A stretch of 64,000 nt of DNA, from the IMG/VR virus record IMGVR_UViG_3300028393_000022. One strand, 5' to 3'. Source of the stretch: a virus. The notes beneath the pieces are model-generated. The model ran no database searches, was not told where the DNA came from, and saw nothing but the letters and a program-made list of their open reading frames with translations. Positions 7,633 to 16,140 of the stretch are shown in pieces (positions within the stretch are counted from its first letter, which is position 1; every line of letters starts with the position of its first letter). The translations under genes and the position numbers were made by a program.

Positions 7633-9264
7633 ATGACACAACAAGTTAACCTAACCCCACTACAGAAGGATTATGCTGTATATCTTCCGGCCATCAGCTC
7701 GTTCTACAGCACCTATATTGCTAAACAGCGTTTAGAAAAGTTCATTGCCGACGATCGTATTCCCGCTGGATTTGATCGCGGAATCGAAGGTATGAACTTT
7801 CTAAATCCTGAACAGGGATACTTTACCTACAAATATGGTTTGTATTCAGCAGGTCACGCACAGTTGGATCTACAAAAGAGTCTTGTACAAGAATCCATGA
7901 TCCAACAACGTGATCGCAACAACACAATGATTCTAGGTGACTCCGGTGGATACCAGATCGGTAAGGGTGTTCTTAAATTTGATTGGTTAGACTTTGAAGG
8001 CAAGGAAGCTACAAAGACTCGTCAAAAGATTCTAGAGTGGTTGGAAGTGACTGCCGACTGGTCTATGATGCTGGACGTTCCAACATGGGCTTGCGATCAT
8101 ATTCACAGTCCTAAAACAGGATTGAAAACATTTGAGGACTGCTTAGACAAGACACGTTTTAATAATGATTACTTCCTAATGAATCGTTTAGGACAGACCA
8201 AATGGCTCAACGTTCTACAAGGCGGTGATTGGGAGACTGCCGAGAAGTGGTATGACGGTGTAAAAGAATTTAGCGACCCTAAAGGCAAGTATGCAGGGCG
8301 CGAAGCAGAAGGTTGGGCCTTTGGTGGTGCCAACATGTGTAAAATGGATATTACTCTCAAGCGTTTAATGACATTGAGAGAAGATGGTTTGCTGAAGGGC
8401 AAAAACTGGATCCACTTCTTGGGTACAGCGCAACTTGACTGGAGTTGCTACTTAACATTAATCCAAAGACAAATCAGGAAACACATCAATGAAGAAATTA
8501 CCATATCTTTTGACTGCGCCTCACCGTTTATCGCAACCGCGCACGGACTTGTCTACACCAACGCACAGCACACGCCAAAAAGGTGGAGTGTTATTATGGA
8601 CAAAGCCCCAGACAACAAAGCACTGTCAGGAAGCGATATCCCGTTCCCCTTCGAATCGTCAATTGGTCGAAGACTGACAATGACAGACATTGCCTATTAT
8701 AATCTAGGCGAACGTAAAACTGATAAAGAATTAGGTAGTGTTAAGTTTGATCACTTAAATCCAGATCACTATCATGTTGTTCCTCGCTTAAACAAATTAG
8801 GTAAGATTCCAAACAAAACATCATGGGATAGTTTTGCCTATGCTCTAATGATGGGTCATAATGTTGAATGTCACATTGTTGCTGTACAACGTGCTCAACA
8901 ATTAATGGACATTGAAATTGCCAAAGTTAAAGGTCGACTATCTTGGAAGCATTGGAAGAAGGTCAAAGGTTCTGATATGAGTGATGAGTATAGTGATTGG
9001 GTTCCTCGAAATATTCTATACTTCAGTAGCCTAATTGAAGATCTGTTTAATACAAAGACTAAATCGGAAGCATTTGAATTAATCGAACAAGCTAGCCCAT
9101 TCTTGCGTAGTTTGGAAGGTGCTCGATTACAAGGTGGTCCAAAACAGAACACATTCGGTTCATTGTTTAGTTTTGAAGAAGTCACCAAGTCTGAAGAAGT
9201 CGATTTAGAAAATCCAGATGATGATCAATTACGAGCATTAGAAGAAGGCAGTTTAGGAGAATAA
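7633..9264 (+). CDS. dpdA: tRNA-guanine-transglycosylase-fold protein (DpdA-like DNA 7-deazaguanine insertase)
   Basis: TGT motifs GDSGGYQIG, MMLDVP, NVLQG, IHFLG and SFDCASP. Clustered with QueE and QueD-fold genes. Confidence 0.75.
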   Translation: MTQQVNLTPLQKDYAVYLPAISSFYSTYIAKQRLEKFIADDRIPAGFDRGIEGMNFLNPEQGYFTYKYGLYSAGHAQLDLQKSLVQESMIQQRDRNNTMILGDSGGYQIGKGVLKFDWLDFEGKEATKTRQKILEWLEVTADWSMMLDVPTWACDHIHSPKTGLKTFEDCLDKTRFNNDYFLMNRLGQTKWLNVLQGGDWETAEKWYDGVKEFSDPKGKYAGREAEGWAFGGANMCKMDITLKRLMTLREDGLLKGKNWIHFLGTAQLDWSCYLTLIQRQIRKHINEEITISFDCASPFIATAHGLVYTNAQHTPKRWSVIMDKAPDNKALSGSDIPFPFESSIGRRLTMTDIAYYNLGERKTDKELGSVKFDHLNPDHYHVVPRLNKLGKIPNKTSWDSFAYALMMGHNVECHIVAVQRAQQLMDIEIAKVKGRLSWKHWKKVKGSDMSDEYSDWVPRNILYFSSLIEDLFNTKTKSEAFELIEQASPFLRSLEGARLQGGPKQNTFGSLFSFEEVTKSEEVDLENPDDDQLRALEEGSLGE

Positions 9265-9265
9265 C

Positions 9266-9514
9266 ATGGCAACACGTAAAAAGAAAACTGATAAAATTGT
9301 ATTAGAGATGCCCGGTACTATCGGAGGTGCAAAGATTGTATTTACAGAACCTACTGTAGTAAAGGGCAATCACTTAACAGTGACTACACACCCGGATGGT
9401 CGTACAGAACTAGAGTGGGATGACGATGCTTTGTTAGCAGAAGTCCGAGCAGCATTAGCTAGTGTAGAAGCTAAACCAAAACGTAAAACAAAGGTGAAAA
9501 AAGATGGCAACTAA
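9266..9514 (+). CDS. Hypothetical protein with basic termini
   Basis: ORF with SD AGGAG, tightly packed. Confidence 0.6.
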   Translation: MATRKKKTDKIVLEMPGTIGGAKIVFTEPTVVKGNHLTVTTHPDGRTELEWDDDALLAEVRAALASVEAKPKRKTKVKKDGN

Positions 9515-9716
9515 AAAATCAGCAGTAAAAAAGATCAGTGACAAACTGATCAAAGTGAGTGAATCATTTACTGTTAATATGTATGACAACGGTTATATGA
9601 TTGAAATTAGTGGACGTAAATCAGAAGATGATTGGGGCACTGCTAAAATTATGGTTAACACGATTGACGAGCTAGTAGAGCTTATCAAAGAAGCCAGCGA
9701 GATGGAAAGAGATTAA
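9504..9716 (+). CDS. Hypothetical protein
   Basis: Overlaps the upstream gene; SD AAGGTG. Confidence 0.6.
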   Translation: MATKKSAVKKISDKLIKVSESFTVNMYDNGYMIEISGRKSEDDWGTAKIMVNTIDELVELIKEASEMERD

Positions 9717-9741
9717 TTATACCAAATGGTTAATTAAGCTA

Positions 9742-9770
9742 TTGACTCATTCTATAAAATCTGCTATACT
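9742..9770 (+). promoter_or_regulatory. Sigma70-type promoter (extended -10)
   Basis: TTGACT-17bp-TATACT with TGn. Confidence 0.75.
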
Positions 9771-9776
9771 TAATTT

Positions 9777-10289
9777 ATGAAACGCGATTACACAACCGGC
9801 GAAGCTGACAATATCCAGTTCTTTATTGGGAAGGAAGTTGAGCACACTCCTGCTTTTGGAAAGATGACCCTGTTTATAACAGGAGTACATCCTGTAGAAG
9901 AAATTGCCCTAAACTTAAATGGCGCAGAACATATTTTCTTTGGTGCTAATCATAGTTTTAATCCACAGAACAATTTGGATTGGCAACGCTGGGAAACTAT
10001 GATTGAATTCTTTTTACGCAAAGAATATCTGTGTAGTTTAGACATTCCAATGAGTGCTGTGGAAGAATTTAACGAAAACGGTCTGAACGAATACGATAAT
10101 TTTATTCCGCAGATCCGTGTTCCAATTCCTTACATTAAACTTTGGAATTATAACACAATGATTAAAATCGATGACAAAGATTTTAAAGCAACTAATCCAG
10201 GTGTATGGTCTCATAGACTACACGATCTTAAAGACCGCAGTAAATTTACTGATTGGTCTCAATACAAAAACGACAAGGTATTAAAATGA
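9777..10289 (+). CDS. Hypothetical protein in the deazaguanine cluster
   Basis: 170 aa globular-looking ORF (EVEHTPA, FGANHSF, NPGVW); function not recognised. Confidence 0.65.
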   Translation: MKRDYTTGEADNIQFFIGKEVEHTPAFGKMTLFITGVHPVEEIALNLNGAEHIFFGANHSFNPQNNLDWQRWETMIEFFLRKEYLCSLDIPMSAVEEFNENGLNEYDNFIPQIRVPIPYIKLWNYNTMIKIDDKDFKATNPGVWSHRLHDLKDRSKFTDWSQYKNDKVLK

Positions 10290-10462
10290 TTAATTCTAAA
10301 ATTACAAAAACAGCAGCTCAAACTTCTAACGAAGAACGACTGTTTAAATTGCTTGAGGGCATTGACTGGAAATTATGGGAAATCTATAATATGATGAAAG
10401 ACAATCTTCCAGAGAAGCCAAAGACCGTTAAAAAAACTACCGCAAAGAAGTCTGAAGAATGA
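10286..10462 (+). CDS. Small hypothetical protein
   Basis: ATGA overlaps on both sides; start reassigned to ATG 10286. Confidence 0.55.
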   Translation: MINSKITKTAAQTSNEERLFKLLEGIDWKLWEIYNMMKDNLPEKPKTVKKTTAKKSEE

Positions 10463-10851
10463 TCGATCTTAATATGATTTGGGTTACCTTTCGTAAGGAA
10501 GGCATCCATTGCTACCCAGCAGCGGCTACTGATCCTGCACTTGCAACAGGTGATGAGTACGATGTTAGTTTCCTTGGAACACCGCATCGTCATATTTTCC
10601 ATTTTAAAGTTTACATTCAGGTGTTTCACGACGATCGTGATATTGAATTTATCCAGTTTAAGCGTTGGCTTGAAAAGTGCTACAGCGACGGCACCTTAGA
10701 GCTCAATCACAAATCCTGTGAAATGATTAGTCATGATCTCCATGATATTATTTCGGCAAGATATCCAAGTCGAGAGATTTGGATTGATGTTAGTGAAGAC
10801 GGCGAGAATGGCTGCTTCATTAAATTTCCTTCAACAAACCCTTTAATTTAA
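10459..10851 (+). CDS. T-fold QueD/PTPS paralog (DpdL-like)
   Basis: His-rich LGTPHRHIF (LxxxHRHxF), SCEM and VSEDGENG, consistent with a QueD-fold protein. Confidence 0.65.
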   Translation: MIDLNMIWVTFRKEGIHCYPAAATDPALATGDEYDVSFLGTPHRHIFHFKVYIQVFHDDRDIEFIQFKRWLEKCYSDGTLELNHKSCEMISHDLHDIISARYPSREIWIDVSEDGENGCFIKFPSTNPLI

Positions 10852-10864
10852 AAGGTATTTTAAA

Positions 10865-11107
10865 ATGGCTCAGCCAAATTATATTCAAAAGACTCTTCAA
10901 ATGAAGCCCGAAGTGACTAAGATTTTCGATGACCTCGATGCTTGGTTGGATCATTGCAGATTTAACCTGCTTCCGTTTTTTCCATCGGATTTGTATCGCT
11001 CGCAAGAGTATCGCTACTTTGCCAATCGTGGAAAACCACGTGAGGGCTACAAGGGCAAAAATCCTCGCTACGAAAATCGAAACAATGGCGAACGTTTTTC
11101 TCGTTGA
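10865..11107 (+). CDS. Hypothetical protein
   Basis: 80 aa ORF with SD AAGG. Confidence 0.6.
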   Translation: MAQPNYIQKTLQMKPEVTKIFDDLDAWLDHCRFNLLPFFPSDLYRSQEYRYFANRGKPREGYKGKNPRYENRNNGERFSR

Positions 11108-11135
11108 TCTGGAATCAGTTGAGACAAGGTTATAA
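11085..11135 (+). pseudogene. Orphan 5' stub of the glycosyltransferase gene (MANVFLVDLESVETRL*)
   Basis: Aligns with the glycosyltransferase N-terminus MTVYIVDLEKLETRY; separated from it by the HNH gene. Confidence 0.75.
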
Positions 11136-11211
11136 TTTTTCTATAATGTATCGTTTCTTAAATGGAGTTGTCTGATAACTCGCCGCCCATCTAGCAGACG
11201 ATACAGAAAAA

Positions 11212-12027
11212 TTATGCTCGGCAATCTTTTACCTTACACAGTTTCTTAAACTCCCAGAAGCCCCTTAAATGGGGCTTCGTTATATCAAGTGATGTTCCTA
11301 TTCCCTGTGTTTTACAAAACTCAATTCGATTGCCTTTTACTATAATAATATTGCCAGTCGGCGATGTTGCTTCCCATACATAGGCATTATAGTTTTGTTC
11401 GGCAAATGAATCTCGTTTAGGGCGTCTACGATTAGATTCTATAGATTTAATTTTTCCTTCTTTTAATCCTGCCTGCCTAACAGACTCTACCCAATCTTTT
11501 CCAAAGTTATTAATAAGTAAATGCCGTATAGTATATTGTGCATGGCCGGTTTTTTCGGCAGTAGTTTTAACAGTCTTATATATTTCAAACAATGATTTAA
11601 TAGTAGCAACATAAGTTTGGTGATCATCATAACCAATTTTCTGTGCTATAGAATCTAAATGCTTGGCTTTAACTTTGGGACAACTCATTGAGTTTGGCAG
11701 ACCAATAGTTAGTTCCCTAATAGTCTGATATTGTCGGGCTGTTAGATTCCGTTGAGTTCCAGGTTTTGCCATCTTAAAAGCATCAACGGCTCTAATCATT
11801 TTAGACCTAAATACTCCAGAAGTCATCCTTACTAACAGTAAGTGGCATATATAATGTTCTCGAGCAGTTAGTGAAACAAGATTATTTTGAGCATTAGATC
11901 CGCCTAAACATTTTGGAAGTATATGATGTTTTTCAAAATATCCAGAAGGAGCATTACTAATACGATGATTGATAATGTTGTAATACCAACGATGATACTT
12001 ATTGACGATAAAGTTGTTATGACCCAT
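11212..12027 (-). CDS. Free-standing HNH homing endonuclease
   Basis: EKHHILPKCLGGSN...NLVSLTAREHYICHLLL. TAAATA at 12033-12038 on the minus strand upstream. Confidence 0.88.
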   Translation of the reverse strand: MGHNNFIVNKYHRWYYNIINHRISNAPSGYFEKHHILPKCLGGSNAQNNLVSLTAREHYICHLLLVRMTSGVFRSKMIRAVDAFKMAKPGTQRNLTARQYQTIRELTIGLPNSMSCPKVKAKHLDSIAQKIGYDDHQTYVATIKSLFEIYKTVKTTAEKTGHAQYTIRHLLINNFGKDWVESVRQAGLKEGKIKSIESNRRRPKRDSFAEQNYNAYVWEATSPTGNIIIVKGNRIEFCKTQGIGTSLDITKPHLRGFWEFKKLCKVKDCRA

Positions 12028-12058
12028 ACGATTATTTATCCATTCGATAGAAAAATAT

Positions 12059-12087
12059 TTGACTTTAAGAAAACTAAGTTGTATAAT
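12059..12087 (+). promoter_or_regulatory. Sigma70-type promoter for the glycosyltransferase
   Basis: TTGACT-17bp-TATAAT followed by SD AGGAGA. Confidence 0.8.
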
Positions 12088-12105
12088 GTAGCATAGGAGA
12101 AATAA

Positions 12106-13203
12106 ATGACTGTATATATTGTAGATTTAGAAAAATTAGAAACTCGCTATACTAAACAATGGGCCAGTCATGTGCCTAAGTTAATAACACAACACGGGCA
12201 CGAAGTGGTAATCATTAGTGGTCCAGATGATATTCCATCTATTCCAACTCCTGGAATGTTTTTAAACTTTTCTGCTACCAATGTATACAAAGCAGTTCAA
12301 GTAGAAAAAATCAGCAGATTATTTTGCGAAGGTAAAATTAAAGACGGTGATTATTTTCTCTTTACCGATGCCTGGCATCCCGGTGTTATCAATCTAAAAT
12401 ACATGATTGACTTGTTAGGTATTAACGCAAAAATTGGAGGTCTTTGGCACGCGGGATCTTACGATAAATGGGACGGATTAGGACGCTTAGTTGGTAATAA
12501 ACCTTGGGTTAGAAATGCTGAAAAAAGTTTCTTCCATGCGTTTGATTACAACTACTTTGCCACAGACTTTCACATCAAAATGTTCTATACAAATTTACTA
12601 AATGATTATCCTACAGAGAATCCTTGGTATAGCGAACATTTAGAAGAAATTCTAAACGGTGAAGAGCCAAAGATTGTACGCACAGGTTGGCCTATGGAAT
12701 ATATGTCTAACACATTAACTCCATACAAGGGAATGCCTAAACGTGATCTTATCTTGTTCCCGCATCGTATTGCACCCGAAAAGCAGGTCGAAATTTTCCG
12801 TGATTTAGCCACACAGCTGCCGCAATACGAATTTGTTGTTTGTCAGGATCAACAATTGGATAAACATGAATATCACAAGTTGTTAGGTCGTGCTAAGATT
12901 GTTTTCAGTGCCAATTTACAGGAAACACTTGGTATCAGTTGTTATGAAGGTGCATTGGTAGATGCCATTCCTATGGTACCAGATCGATTATCATACAGTG
13001 AAATGTATTACGACGGATTTAAATATCCTAGCGAATGGACTGACAGTTATGCAGCGTATGAGGCATTTCGTCCAGCACTGTGTCATAAAATTATACAGTA
13101 TATGACCAATCATGAACAATTTGTATATCAGGTTCGTAAGCAGGCAACTAATTTAACAGAAAAGTTTTTTAGTGCAGATAAGTTATTGGAGAATATTAAA
13201 TGA
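12106..13203 (+). CDS. GT-B fold glycosyltransferase (GT4-like), probably acting on DNA
   Basis: FPHRIAPEKQ and QETLGISCYEG (E-x7-E donor-binding motif), PDRLSYSE. Confidence 0.8.
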   Translation: MTVYIVDLEKLETRYTKQWASHVPKLITQHGHEVVIISGPDDIPSIPTPGMFLNFSATNVYKAVQVEKISRLFCEGKIKDGDYFLFTDAWHPGVINLKYMIDLLGINAKIGGLWHAGSYDKWDGLGRLVGNKPWVRNAEKSFFHAFDYNYFATDFHIKMFYTNLLNDYPTENPWYSEHLEEILNGEEPKIVRTGWPMEYMSNTLTPYKGMPKRDLILFPHRIAPEKQVEIFRDLATQLPQYEFVVCQDQQLDKHEYHKLLGRAKIVFSANLQETLGISCYEGALVDAIPMVPDRLSYSEMYYDGFKYPSEWTDSYAAYEAFRPALCHKIIQYMTNHEQFVYQVRKQATNLTEKFFSADKLLENIK

Positions 13204-13658
13204 AATGGTTTTTAAATTTTCTAGAACGTGTTGGTCGTAAACGTATTGTAATGGATAGACAAGAAAATGAACCTTACCTCGAACGCTACTATATTTTTCT
13301 TAAGGATCGAAAGCATTTCCCCTTTAATGTGTTCATTCACAAGTTTCTTAAGTCAGACCCCGATGATGTGCATGATCATCCATGGCCTTACGCTACGGTA
13401 ATCTTAAAAGGTGGATACTACGAATGGAATCCAATCTTTGATGATGCAGGAAAGAAGATTGCAGAAACATGTACATGGCGCGGACCAGGTCACTTCCGTA
13501 TTTGTAGCGCCACTAGCTATCATCGTATTGAGCTCGATCCCACAATAACAGCCTGGACCATGTTTATGCCGGGTCCTCAGAAACGTGAATGGGGATTCCT
13601 TGTCAATAACAAATGGGTACATAACGACACCTACTTAACAGAAAAAGCAAAAAAATGA
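13200..13658 (+). CDS. Cupin-fold protein
   Basis: HDHPW...GGYYE and SYHRIEL metal-binding cupin pattern. Confidence 0.65.
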   Translation: MKWFLNFLERVGRKRIVMDRQENEPYLERYYIFLKDRKHFPFNVFIHKFLKSDPDDVHDHPWPYATVILKGGYYEWNPIFDDAGKKIAETCTWRGPGHFRICSATSYHRIELDPTITAWTMFMPGPQKREWGFLVNNKWVHNDTYLTEKAKK

Positions 13659-13930
13659 ATAGTAAAGAAAAAGAAATCCTTGATATTACACAAGAAGAAT
13701 GTGCAGAGGTAATTGTTGCTATTAGTAAAATTAGTCGCTTTGGCCTGGATAATGTTAAGCCTAGCAAACCTAAAACCAATAGAGAACATCTAGCAGAAGA
13801 ATTAGGAGATCTACAGGCAATGATTGACCTATGTATTAAATTTAACCTAGTAGATAGCGAGCAAGTTAGTATTGCCGCAGATAACAAGATTGCTAAACTA
13901 AAGCAATGGTCAAGTATCTTTACTGATTAA
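13655..13930 (+). CDS. MazG-like nucleotide pyrophosphohydrolase
   Basis: EECAE...EELGDL acidic helical motifs. Confidence 0.75.
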   Translation: MNSKEKEILDITQEECAEVIVAISKISRFGLDNVKPSKPKTNREHLAEELGDLQAMIDLCIKFNLVDSEQVSIAADNKIAKLKQWSSIFTD

Positions 13931-14774
13931 ATTTAGTAATCAGTTGATCCGATAAGTCCATACAAGCCATCATTTTACATGGGGCAGGAACTTTAGGTAA
14001 ATCAAGAGAACCGTCCCATATATTACCTAATTGAAGATTATTACAACTACTACCGCTTACCCAACCTCGATGAGAAATGACTAATTTCTCAATTCCTACG
14101 TTGCACAGCATTCCTGTATAAGATGGATTTGTTTGAATCTTTTCTTCAAATCGTTCTGCAAAAGTAGTTTCTTGATGATGTTGATTTTCTTGTACAAGTT
14201 CTTCTCCGCGCATAATTCTTAGTTGCTGATCAGTATAATTATACATGCCCATAGATTGTTCAGCTTCGCGGTATAGTACATTCTTTGAAACAACAATTTC
14301 AAATTCTGTTTCTATGTCTAAGGCACGTTTTAAATCTTCACTAAAATAATCAGGTCGCATAGGTACCATAACATTAACATGTTTATTAGATTTACCAAAT
14401 GCTTGTAATATGAAACGTATGAGATTAGGATTTTGCCAATAGTGATATGTTAAATTTAATGAATCAATATGTGGCTCAATTGCCCACCAGTCTAACCAAA
14501 GTTTGCCACCGTTGGTTGTTAGATTAATATTGCCGCCACGTTCTTTACATAACTTTAACATCATGGGAAAGTCAAACATATCTAAAGGTTCGCCACCGTC
14601 GAATGTCCAATCAATTTTTCTACCTAGAGAATCGTAATGGTCTATAAGTTGGGTAGTGACTTGAACATAATCTAATATACCTTTAGGTAGTTCTCCTCCC
14701 CAAAACTTAGTTGGGCAATAACTACAACCTGCTGTACAATAATCATGCAACATCCAATTAATCTGTGTTCTCAT
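13920..14774 (-). CDS. Radical SAM protein with a C-terminal Cys cluster (SPASM/twitch-like)
   Basis: CTAGCSYC, GGEPL, TTNG, C-terminal C...C...C-x4-C. Start reassigned to ATG 14774. Confidence 0.85.
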   Translation of the reverse strand: MRTQINWMLHDYCTAGCSYCPTKFWGGELPKGILDYVQVTTQLIDHYDSLGRKIDWTFDGGEPLDMFDFPMMLKLCKERGGNINLTTNGGKLWLDWWAIEPHIDSLNLTYHYWQNPNLIRFILQAFGKSNKHVNVMVPMRPDYFSEDLKRALDIETEFEIVVSKNVLYREAEQSMGMYNYTDQQLRIMRGEELVQENQHHQETTFAERFEEKIQTNPSYTGMLCNVGIEKLVISHRGWVSGSSCNNLQLGNIWDGSLDLPKVPAPCKMMACMDLSDQLITKFNQ

Positions 14775-14849
14775 ATTTTTTACCTTTTTGCTTGACAAAT
14801 CTAAATAAAAGTGTACAATTACTTATCATACCAATAAAGGTCATTATTA

Positions 14850-15713
14850 ATGAGCAAAATTAAAGTATCCGAATTATTTTACTCCATTCAAGGAGAAGGA
14901 CGTTTTATGGGCGTCCCTAGTGTGTTTCTAAGAACATACGGCTGCAACTTTACCTGTCGGGGGTTTGGTATGCCGCGAGGTGAACTAAGCACAGAAGCAG
15001 ACAAAGTTGCAGTGATGCATGCCATGCATCCATTTAAAGACTATAAAGAACTACCACTAGTAGGCACAGGTTGCGACAGTTATGCAAGCTGGCATCCAGA
15101 CTTTAAAGAATTAAGTCCGATGGTAGAAGTCGACGGACTTGCAAAGAACATTGTAGGCATATTGCCATTTGGTGAATGGCGTGATGAACATTTGGTTATT
15201 ACAGGTGGAGAGCCCTTGTTAGGTTGGCAACGTGCATATCCAGAATTGCTAGATCAACCTTGTATGCAGAACTTAAAAGAAATTACTTTTGAGACCAACG
15301 GTACAATGCGACTGACCAAAGACTTTAGACAATATCTACTTAATTGGACATTGGGCAGTAAGTCCAGAGGTAAGGATGCACTTACATTCTCTATCAGTGC
15401 TAAACTGCCGTCTAGTGGTGAGCCGTGGGAGGATGCCATTAAGCCAGAAGTGGTATTAGCATATGAGGATGTTGGACACGCATACCTTAAATTTGTTGTA
15501 GCAACAGAACAAGACATTGAAGATGCATTAAAGGCAATGCAACAATATCGCGATGCTGGATTTAAAGGCAATGTATATCTAATGCCAGTTGGCGGTGTTG
15601 AAAGTGTATACAGCCTAAATAATAAAACAGTTGCATTGGCTGCAATGAAACACGGTCTCCGTTATAGTGATCGCTTGCAGGTGCCGTTGTTTAAGAATGA
15701 GTGGGGTACTTAA
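14850..15713 (+). CDS. queE: 7-carboxy-7-deazaguanine synthase QueE
   Basis: ELFYSIQGEG, VFLRTYGCNFTC...CDS, ITGGEPLL, ETNGT, YLMP, DRLQV. TTGACA-16bp-TACAAT at 14792-14819 upstream. Confidence 0.88.
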   Translation: MSKIKVSELFYSIQGEGRFMGVPSVFLRTYGCNFTCRGFGMPRGELSTEADKVAVMHAMHPFKDYKELPLVGTGCDSYASWHPDFKELSPMVEVDGLAKNIVGILPFGEWRDEHLVITGGEPLLGWQRAYPELLDQPCMQNLKEITFETNGTMRLTKDFRQYLLNWTLGSKSRGKDALTFSISAKLPSSGEPWEDAIKPEVVLAYEDVGHAYLKFVVATEQDIEDALKAMQQYRDAGFKGNVYLMPVGGVESVYSLNNKTVALAAMKHGLRYSDRLQVPLFKNEWGT

Positions 15714-15714
15714 T

Positions 15715-16140
15715 ATGAATAAATTTTTAAAGAAACTATTCGGAATAGATAAAATTGAAGCAGAGGCCGTAGAAGCTGTTCGAACAAAAATTGAAGCAGA
15801 AGCGGCTGCTGAATCTGCCAGAGAAGCTGCTCGAGTAGTAAGTCTGTCTCCAAAAGAGATTGCTACAGAAAAGAAAGAGCCTTGGGTAGCTGTATTAGAT
15901 ACTCATGTCAATAAAGACAACATTAAAAACGGATTCTTTGAACTTGACTGGAACGAGTACTTTGTGTTACAATTAAGGGAAGCTGGATACAAAGGTGATT
16001 CAGAAGAAGCTGTTGTAGATGCTTGGTTTGGAGAACTTTGCAGAAATGTTGGCAACGAAGCAGGTGTTAATATGAATCAGCGTGGTGCTGGATATATTAA
16101 TGTAAATAATTTAGGCGATGGAAGAACTGAGGTTTCTTAA
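15715..16140 (+). CDS. Hypothetical phage protein
   Basis: Start reassigned to ATG 15715; GFFELDWN motif. Confidence 0.65.
   Translation: MNKFLKKLFGIDKIEAEAVEAVRTKIEAEAAAESAREAARVVSLSPKEIATEKKEPWVAVLDTHVNKDNIKNGFFELDWNEYFVLQLREAGYKGDSEEAVVDAWFGELCRNVGNEAGVNMNQRGAGYINVNNLGDGRTEVS

Noticed and set aside
7633-9264. Ordinary tRNA-modifying Tgt
   Set aside because: It is highly diverged, lacks a recognisable CxCxxC Zn site and sits in a replication operon, so a DNA substrate is more plausible, though not proven.
11136-12105. Group I intron interrupting the glycosyltransferase
   Set aside because: No P7/R/S core is recognisable, the HNH gene is antisense, and the downstream gene has its own complete N-terminus, promoter and SD.
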